From contig CP061211.1 in assembly GCA_026016245.1 (NCBI GenBank), positions 630,001 to 662,000 of the forward strand: a stretch of DNA of 32,000 bases. Direction: 5' to 3'. Shown here one piece after another: positions 22,830-29,330 of this stretch (positions are counted from its first letter, which is position 1; each line of letters starts with the position of its first letter). Below the pieces are notes generated by a model that did no database searches, had not been told where the DNA came from, and worked only from the letters and a program-made list of their open reading frames with translations. Source of the stretch: Candidatus Pacearchaeota archaeon (GTDB lineage Archaea > Nanobdellota > Nanobdellia > Pacearchaeales > UBA284). A program made the translations under genes and the position numbers.

Positions 22830-23720
22830 ATGAAAAAAATTCAAGGACAAGAATACAAGGAAATTTCTGTCCATAAGGCAGATAAATGTCCTTACTGCAA
22901 GAACAAAAAGATAGTAAAGAATGGCTATCGCTTTAATCATACAAAGAAAAAACAAAGATATATCTGCAAGGAATGTGATAGAACTTTTGTAGTAGATGAT
23001 GGCTTCAAAAAGATGAAGTCAGAAAGAGAACTCATAACCTGCTGTCTTGATTTGTATATGAATGGAATGTCTTTAAGAAAAATTGAAGCTCATATTAATC
23101 AATTCTCACAAGAAAAAATAACTTACAGAAGCATACATAATTGGATTATTAGATATGCTAAACTGCTAAATTCATTCTCGCAAAGCTTTGATTTAAATTT
23201 ATCAAGACAATATCATACAGATGAGATTTTTGTTAAATGCAAGGGAGAACAGCATTATTTCTGGGATATAATTGACAAAGGCACAAGAATGCTCATAGCA
23301 ACACATTACAGCGAGAAGCGAGATAGCAAGAGTGCAAGAATGCTTTTCTTGAAGGTTAAGAACAGACCCTTAACACTATTTACAGATGGCTTACAAGGTT
23401 ATCAGAAAGCAGTAAGAAAGGTATTTGGAACTTTACATAAAGATAGAAAAGTTCAATACATTAGATTAAGAGCTAACAAAGACAAAAGAAATAATATTGT
23501 TGAGAGAATACAAGGAACAATTAGAGAGCGAATTAAAGTTATGAGGGCTTTCAAAAATAAAAAAGATGCTGAATTGTTTTTAGATTTGTTTGTTGTCTAT
23601 TATAATTTTATTCGTGTTCATCAAGGCATAGGAATGACACCAATAGAAAAAGCTGGTGTTGAGCTTGGGCTTGGCGAGAATAAATGGCTTGATTTGATTT
23701 ATAGAGCAAGAGGATTATGA
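22830..23720 (+). CDS. IS6-family DDE transposase with N-terminal zinc finger
   Basis: CPYCKNKK...CKECDRTF. DDE triad contexts HTDEIFVKCKG, LFTDGLQGYQKAV and NNIVERIQGTIRERIKVMRAF, then YNFIRVHQGI. The ATG at 22830 is preceded by AGAGGTGAT. The track start at 22815 is a GTG. Confidence 0.85.
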   Translation: MKKIQGQEYKEISVHKADKCPYCKNKKIVKNGYRFNHTKKKQRYICKECDRTFVVDDGFKKMKSERELITCCLDLYMNGMSLRKIEAHINQFSQEKITYRSIHNWIIRYAKLLNSFSQSFDLNLSRQYHTDEIFVKCKGEQHYFWDIIDKGTRMLIATHYSEKRDSKSARMLFLKVKNRPLTLFTDGLQGYQKAVRKVFGTLHKDRKVQYIRLRANKDKRNNIVERIQGTIRERIKVMRAFKNKKDAELFLDLFVVYYNFIRVHQGIGMTPIEKAGVELGLGENKWLDLIYRARGL

Positions 23721-26087
23721 ATTTATTTCTAAATATTTGGAATAATTTAAACCTTTTATATAATTCTCAATCCAATCCCAATCTACTTTTCTATTTTTAA
23801 AAGGCAGTTTAATAATTGTTTCTTTAATCCTATCCTGATTGAATTTTCTACCATAAGAATACCTATATTGTTCCATATTTATTATCGTAGCTAAGAATAA
23901 AGCCCTGAATACATTTAAATTGAATTTAGGTATTAATTTCTCTACATGGTCACTTGCAGAGAATTTAAGGGGTTGATAAGAACAAAATCCAATTGTAGCA
24001 CTATCAATTGTTAATACATTCCCCTCATCTGTATAAAAATTATAAAATCCTCTTACTCCGTTATTTGTTGCTTGTGTAGTTACATAAGGATACTTTCCCT
24101 CTTTATACCTTTCTTCAAGAATTTTTTTATCTGTTGTTTTTGAACCCTTAACATCAAATAATTTTTTTAATTGTATAAATTTCCATTTCTTGAAATCTAA
24201 TTTCAATTTTTTATTACTATAACTTTCCCTTGAAACTTTGTCTTGTAATTCATTATGATAAAGAAAAGTAGAGTATTCTCTTAATGTTTTCTCAAAATTT
24301 TTATCTGTTAAATTTTTAAATTTTGTTTTAATATATGGCTCAACTAACAACTCATCATCAAAATCTACGTGTCTTAATATAGAAAACCCTTCAATTTCTT
24401 TTTTATTGAAAAAACTATTTAACCACAATTTTTTTATTTTATCCCGATAAATACCATAATAATCTATTCTGCCATAAGGTCTTACTTTAATAAAGCCATC
24501 ATTTTTCCAGTAACCAAACCATGTTTTAGTATTTTTACTATGTTGTTTATGGGCTTCAAAAATTAAAATACAAGCAACTGCATTTGTATTGCTATCTTCA
24601 AATAAGGTATTAGACATACTCATCACTGCCTTTAAAGTATGTTTCTGTAATAATCTTTTTTTAACTGCTAAATTTCCTTTCTTTGTATTCATAGCACAAG
24701 ATTGAGGCACAATTGCTATACAAATTCCATTAGGTTCTAAAAAAGACAAGGCATTTTCAATAAAGGTTAATTCTTTATGTCCATTCCCTTTTGAATAAGG
24801 GGGATTAAGAAAAGCAATTGTTGGTTTAAATTTTTTAATTTCTTCCTCATTAATCTCAAAACAATCTTGCTGATGTATATTTGATTTTCCATCTCCCCTC
24901 AGCATCATATTTGAACAAGCAAGAACGAACATTTTAGGATTATTTTCAATACCTATTAACTGCTTTTTGTGAATGTGCTTTATTTTTGTTTTATCACCTT
25001 TTGCTTCTTCTTCCATTCTCCTCATAGCACTTATTAAAAAGCCACCAGTTCCACAGCAATTATCAATAATGATACTGTCTTTATTTACTTCTGCGAGGTC
25101 TGAAAATAACTCTGTTATATGTTTTGGTGTTAAAACTATTCCCAAACCACCATCACTATTAGCATACCTTAAAAACTCGTTATAGAATAAACCTAAAATA
25201 TCATGGAATCTATAATTTTGGGAAAATGGTTTGATATTATATTCTACTTCTTTAATTAAATCTTTTAAAAGAGTGTTTGGAGTTCCATCTTTATTTTTTG
25301 CATTTATAATTTTTGTATTTGTTCTCATAAAACCATAAGTCTGGACTATTGTATTTTGTTTAACTCCTTTAATATTATCTCGCTCTAATCTTTCTTTTAT
25401 TGTTGTTATTATCAAATCTGCTATTTCAAGGGGCTTTTCTTTTTTTAAATATGATAAACAAAAGCCCTCATCTTCAAGAGCCAATAAAATTCCACTAACA
25501 ATTAAAGGTCTAAGATTTTCTTCAAATTCAAAATCATCTCTTAATTTTTGATTTAATAATTGTGAATATTCTATTAGTCTTTTAAAATCAACTTTTTCTT
25601 TTATATCATCTTTTTTTAGAATACCAAAATAATCAACAAACTCATAAATTTTTTGTATTTTTAAATCTCTTGCATTTTTTTCTCTTCTTATTTGTAGGTA
25701 AGTATCAATCACAAGTTCTTTTTTAGTTTGTCCAGAAGCCCCAATAGAAATAACATCAAATTCTTTTGATAAATAAGAAGAATAAAGCAAAACACCATCA
25801 ACAGCGTATGTATCATATTTATCTAAATTTTTACTTTTATGGTATTTTATATCTCCTTTGCATTCTACCACAATTATTAAATCCTTATTTGGAAAGCTTA
25901 TAATAAATTCTGGATACCCCATTCCACTTCCTTTTTTAGAAGCGGTCTTAAGAAGTTTATCTATTCGTGGATTGTCTGATTTTTGTTCTTCTATAATAAC
26001 TGATTGTTCTGTTTCCTTTTCATATTCATTTTTATTTTTATATAAAATATCTCTTATAATCTTTTCAGTTTTTCTTTCATTAACCAT
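23715..26087 (-). CDS. Single-chain restriction-modification-specificity enzyme (Type IIG/IIC-like): PD-ExK nuclease, gamma-class N6-adenine methyltransferase and one HsdS-like TRD
   Basis: GYPEFIISFPNKDLIIVVECK (nuclease). IIDNCCGTGGFL (motif I) precedes FLNPPYSKG (motif IV). C-terminal TRD: WKFIQLKKLFDVKGSKT...YPYVTTQATNNGVRGFY. Confidence 0.8.
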   Translation of the reverse strand: MVNERKTEKIIRDILYKNKNEYEKETEQSVIIEEQKSDNPRIDKLLKTASKKGSGMGYPEFIISFPNKDLIIVVECKGDIKYHKSKNLDKYDTYAVDGVLLYSSYLSKEFDVISIGASGQTKKELVIDTYLQIRREKNARDLKIQKIYEFVDYFGILKKDDIKEKVDFKRLIEYSQLLNQKLRDDFEFEENLRPLIVSGILLALEDEGFCLSYLKKEKPLEIADLIITTIKERLERDNIKGVKQNTIVQTYGFMRTNTKIINAKNKDGTPNTLLKDLIKEVEYNIKPFSQNYRFHDILGLFYNEFLRYANSDGGLGIVLTPKHITELFSDLAEVNKDSIIIDNCCGTGGFLISAMRRMEEEAKGDKTKIKHIHKKQLIGIENNPKMFVLACSNMMLRGDGKSNIHQQDCFEINEEEIKKFKPTIAFLNPPYSKGNGHKELTFIENALSFLEPNGICIAIVPQSCAMNTKKGNLAVKKRLLQKHTLKAVMSMSNTLFEDSNTNAVACILIFEAHKQHSKNTKTWFGYWKNDGFIKVRPYGRIDYYGIYRDKIKKLWLNSFFNKKEIEGFSILRHVDFDDELLVEPYIKTKFKNLTDKNFEKTLREYSTFLYHNELQDKVSRESYSNKKLKLDFKKWKFIQLKKLFDVKGSKTTDKKILEERYKEGKYPYVTTQATNNGVRGFYNFYTDEGNVLTIDSATIGFCSYQPLKFSASDHVEKLIPKFNLNVFRALFLATIINMEQYRYSYGRKFNQDRIKETIIKLPFKNRKVDWDWIENYIKGLNYSKYLEINS

Positions 26088-26196
26088 TCTAAACCTTTTT
26101 TTATAAAGGGATGGGCTTTCTTAAATGTTCCGTATGGAATGTTATTCCTTTTTAGTCAATAAAAAATTATAAAAGGTTTGATTTTTAAATATAAAT

Positions 26197-26343
26197 ATGG
26201 CAGACATTTGTGAAAACTGTAAAAAGGCTATCAAAGATGATATGAAGAAATTAGTCAGTCAGAATGATAGCGAAGAAAATATTTATTTTTGTAGCTGGAA
26301 GTGTCATGAAGAGTTTGAAGAAAAAATTAACGGGAAAAAATAA
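26197..26343 (+). CDS. 48-aa TRASH/zf-FCS-like zinc-finger protein
   Basis: Not in the ORF track. Translates to MADICENCKKAIKDDMKKLVSQNDSEENIYFCSWKCHEEFEEKINGKK (CxxC ... FCSxxC). Its TAA is followed directly by the next ATG. Confidence 0.55.
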   Translation: MADICENCKKAIKDDMKKLVSQNDSEENIYFCSWKCHEEFEEKINGKK

Positions 26344-26676
26344 ATGAATAAAACCAAAATTAAAATTTTCTTGAAAATTACCAAAATAATAAATAAGAAG
26401 TTTTGTAAAGATAAGCTTGAGATTAATAAGATAGTATTTTTTAATGGAAAACACAAAGGTAAGAAAAATGATGGCTATTATGCAGTAAATAGTAAAATAA
26501 TAGGTATAAGCAAAAAAGAGCCATTATTTTGCCAGATTAGGACATTACTACATGAACTTACTCATGCTTACCAAAATCAGATTATGAATTGCAAAGGAAA
26601 GCATAATAAACAAGGAGAAAGAGTATTTTATAAATTTATGAAAGAGATAGATAAAACATTAAAGATTTCTGTGTAA
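26344..26676 (+). CDS. Small SprT-like HExxH zinc-metallopeptidase-domain protein
   Basis: LLHELTHAYQNQIMNCKGKHNKQGERVFYKFM: HExxH plus a downstream His, in an SprT-like arrangement. 110 aa. Confidence 0.5.
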   Translation: MNKTKIKIFLKITKIINKKFCKDKLEINKIVFFNGKHKGKKNDGYYAVNSKIIGISKKEPLFCQIRTLLHELTHAYQNQIMNCKGKHNKQGERVFYKFMKEIDKTLKISV

Positions 26677-26709
26677 ATATGATATTCACTTAATTTTTTT
26701 ATCCATTCC

Positions 26710-26733
26710 ATCAACCGAAGACTTCACAAAACC
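26710..26733. repeat. Terminal inverted repeat, right
   Basis: ATCAACCGAAGACTTCACAAAACC, the exact reverse complement of 22516-22539. Confidence 0.85.
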
Positions 26734-26811
26734 CTATGACGAAAGATTTATAAAAGAAAGGTTATAATCAAACATATTGGTTATGAAATAATCATTATAG
26801 GCTAAGGGAAA

Positions 26812-27081
26812 ATGATTAAGAATGCTTTTAATACATTTTTTAGAAAGAAACCTGCCCTAATTCTTATTGCTCTACGCAAAGGTTCTCGAGCAAGATACGG
26901 AAGTTTGTTAGCAAAGGAAGTTGATTGTACATATAGTCATGCAGTAAAGATCTTACAAAGCTTAGAGAAATTTGGATTAGTTGCTTTTGAAAAGAAAGGA
27001 CGTATTAAGTTGATAAAATTGACAGACAAGGGACAGGAAGTAGCAAATAATATCCAGAAAATTAAGGATCAGTTTAGCTAA
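26812..27081 (+). CDS. Small winged-helix (ArsR/MarR-like) DNA-binding protein
   Basis: YGSLLAKEVDCTYSHAVKILQSLEKFGLVAFEKKGRIKLIKLTDKG. Confidence 0.6.
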   Translation: MIKNAFNTFFRKKPALILIALRKGSRARYGSLLAKEVDCTYSHAVKILQSLEKFGLVAFEKKGRIKLIKLTDKGQEVANNIQKIKDQFS

Positions 27082-27677
27082 GATCTACCGCGACTTTCAC
27101 CCAAGACTACCCCAGAAGCAATAAGGTGCGCAATTCTTATTGGCTCTGGCATTATTGCATGCGTTGCACTTATTCTTATAATTTCTCTTACTTGTTTTTC
27201 TGATATTCCTGCTGTTTGAAAATATAAATTTTTGTTCTTTAATCTTAATTTATAGATCTTGCCAGCTTTTTCCATCAATTTTAATTTTTTCCTCCATGTT
27301 TTTTTATTAGCTTTTCTCAATGCCCTTTCTATTTTTTTGAAATTTGGTTTTCTTCTGATAATTACAATGACTGGAAGTTTAGTTTTTTTGTTTAGTTTTT
27401 GAATATCTATAACATTAAAACCAGCAAGAGCAATGCCATCTATCATTATGCATTGCAACTGTCCGATGTGTTTTGTTTTTCTTATTATTTTTGTGAGTTT
27501 TGTTGTAGAATCTATTCCATCCACTTTTACTTTTGTTGAAAGCAGGCCATCCATATAATGACCTCCACGAAAAACTGTGGCTATAACTAAACATTCTTTA
27601 TCCCTAAATTTATTAAATGGACCATCATCTATTCCAAGAATGCGAAGCTCTTTTTTAATGTATTCTCTCTCTTTCAT
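27078..27677 (-). CDS. DUF99 (UPF0215, endonuclease V-like fold) protein
   Basis: LRILGIDDGPF N-terminal signature with IMIDGIALAGFNVID. Its 3' end overlaps the convergent wHTH gene by 4 bp. Confidence 0.65.
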   Translation of the reverse strand: MKEREYIKKELRILGIDDGPFNKFRDKECLVIATVFRGGHYMDGLLSTKVKVDGIDSTTKLTKIIRKTKHIGQLQCIMIDGIALAGFNVIDIQKLNKKTKLPVIVIIRRKPNFKKIERALRKANKKTWRKKLKLMEKAGKIYKLRLKNKNLYFQTAGISEKQVREIIRISATHAIMPEPIRIAHLIASGVVLGESRGRS

Positions 27678-27780
27678 GATAGATGTTTAAACAAGTATAA
27701 ATATTTAAAATCTGCTATTAAGAATCAAAAAAATTTAAAAGGTTGAAAGAATTAAAAGAAAAGTAAAAAGGTAAGGGAAA

Positions 27781-29280
27781 ATGCTCAACAAAACAATAAA
27801 GCCCATAGCTAGCTTAATTCAGAATAAAACAATTGGTAAGCCTGTTACTAATTTACTTTTTTCTTTACTCGCAATATATCTTTCTAAAGAGCATTATAAA
27901 GAGAAACTTAAAAGAAACTTAAGAAGTAAATTTGGAAAAAAAGATTTTCCTGAAAAAGTATGGAATGATATCTCCATAGCTCTTCTTTCCATGATCAAGA
28001 GTGTGAAAAGAACATATGATAGAAATATTTCTCCTAAAATTATTTCAAAGATAAGCTCTATTTTACCAGTCTTGATTGCAAAAGGCACACAGGTAAGATT
28101 GGAAATTGCTAAAAAGTATGGTTATTCTTCAACTCCAGCATTTGTTATGGTAAGCCCAACAAACATATGCAATCTTAAATGCTTAGGATGTTATGCAGGA
28201 GAAAATTATAATAAACATATTCTTGATTTTGATATTTTTGATTGGATTATAAATGAAATGAAAGAAAAACTTGCTACTAGATTCTTTGTAATATCAGGAG
28301 GAGAACCTTTTGCATATAGAAGTAAAGGTAAAACTATTTTGGATATTTTTGCAAAACACAATGATTGCTTCTTTCTTGTTTTTACAAATGGAACTCTGAT
28401 TACAAAAAAAATCGTAGCAAAGCTCGGGAAGTTGGGAAATGTCACGCCAGCTATAAGTATTGAGGGTTTTAAAGAAGAAACAGATGCAAGGAGAGGGGAA
28501 GGGGTTTATGATAAGATTATTGATACAATGAAAAATCTTCGTGAAAAAGGCATTATTTTTGGAATTTCTACTACCCCTATGAAACATAATGCAAATCTTT
28601 TGCTTAGTGATGATTTCATTAAGTTTTGGTTTGATGAACAAGGCATAACTTATGGATGGTATTTTCAGTACATGCCTATAGGCCGTAATCCAAGAACAGA
28701 CTTGCTTGTTACCCCAGAACAACGGGCGAGAATGTGGAAAAAAGCCTGGCAACATGTTAGAAATGGTTATTTTATTGCAGATTTCTGGAATTGTGGTACG
28801 ATGAGTCGTGGTTGTATTTCAGCTGCTAAGGATGGTGGTTATTTTCATATTTTGTGGAATGGAGATATAACCCCTTGTGGTTTTATTCCTTTTAAAGACA
28901 AGAATAAAAAATTGAATAATGTTTATTCTCTAAGGAAAAATAAAAAAAGTATTGTTGATGCAATAAATTCTCCTTTATTCAAAGAAATAAGGGAATGGCA
29001 AAGAAGACAACAAGAACATGCAAAAGGTAAGAAATGTAGGAAATGTAAAGGTTATGGTTGTGGTAATTTATTAATGCCTTGTCCTATTCGTGATAATTCT
29101 TTAGAGTTTGACCAGATATTGAAAAAAACCAAAGCACTTCCTTTTGATGAAGGTGCTGTCAATTATAAGAAATTAATCAGAAAGGGAATCATGCCTTCTT
29201 ATAATGATTCATGTAGAGAAAAAATGGATTTCTTATGGAGAGAATACTATATAAACAACCACTCAAAACGAAAACTTTAA
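27781..29280 (+). CDS. Radical SAM protein with a ~115-aa N-terminal extension and a Cys-rich auxiliary-cluster C-terminal domain
   Basis: CNLKCLGCYAG (Cx3Cx2C). ISGGEPF. C-terminal FWNCGTMSRGC...ITPCGF and KKCRKCKGYGCGNLLMPCP. Confidence 0.8.
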   Translation: MLNKTIKPIASLIQNKTIGKPVTNLLFSLLAIYLSKEHYKEKLKRNLRSKFGKKDFPEKVWNDISIALLSMIKSVKRTYDRNISPKIISKISSILPVLIAKGTQVRLEIAKKYGYSSTPAFVMVSPTNICNLKCLGCYAGENYNKHILDFDIFDWIINEMKEKLATRFFVISGGEPFAYRSKGKTILDIFAKHNDCFFLVFTNGTLITKKIVAKLGKLGNVTPAISIEGFKEETDARRGEGVYDKIIDTMKNLREKGIIFGISTTPMKHNANLLLSDDFIKFWFDEQGITYGWYFQYMPIGRNPRTDLLVTPEQRARMWKKAWQHVRNGYFIADFWNCGTMSRGCISAAKDGGYFHILWNGDITPCGFIPFKDKNKKLNNVYSLRKNKKSIVDAINSPLFKEIREWQRRQQEHAKGKKCRKCKGYGCGNLLMPCPIRDNSLEFDQILKKTKALPFDEGAVNYKKLIRKGIMPSYNDSCREKMDFLWREYYINNHSKRKL

Positions 29281-29330
29281 AAAGTAGTATTAACTCTTAA
29301 ATAATAACAAATACAAAGGCTAAAGGGAAA

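Larger units (their letters stand above)
22516..26733. mobile_element. 4218-bp transposon-like element bounded by 24-bp perfect terminal inverted repeats, with IS6-type transposase and cargo
   Basis: IRL GGTTTTGTGAAGTCTTCGGTTGAT at 22516-22539. IRR is the exact reverse complement at 26710-26733. All enclosed genes are accessory. Confidence 0.75.

Noticed and set aside
22508-26741. Target-site duplication flanking the 24-bp inverted repeats
   Set aside because: The flanks read CTATTTTT (left) and CTATGACG (right). The bases directly abutting the repeats do not match, so no duplication can be claimed.
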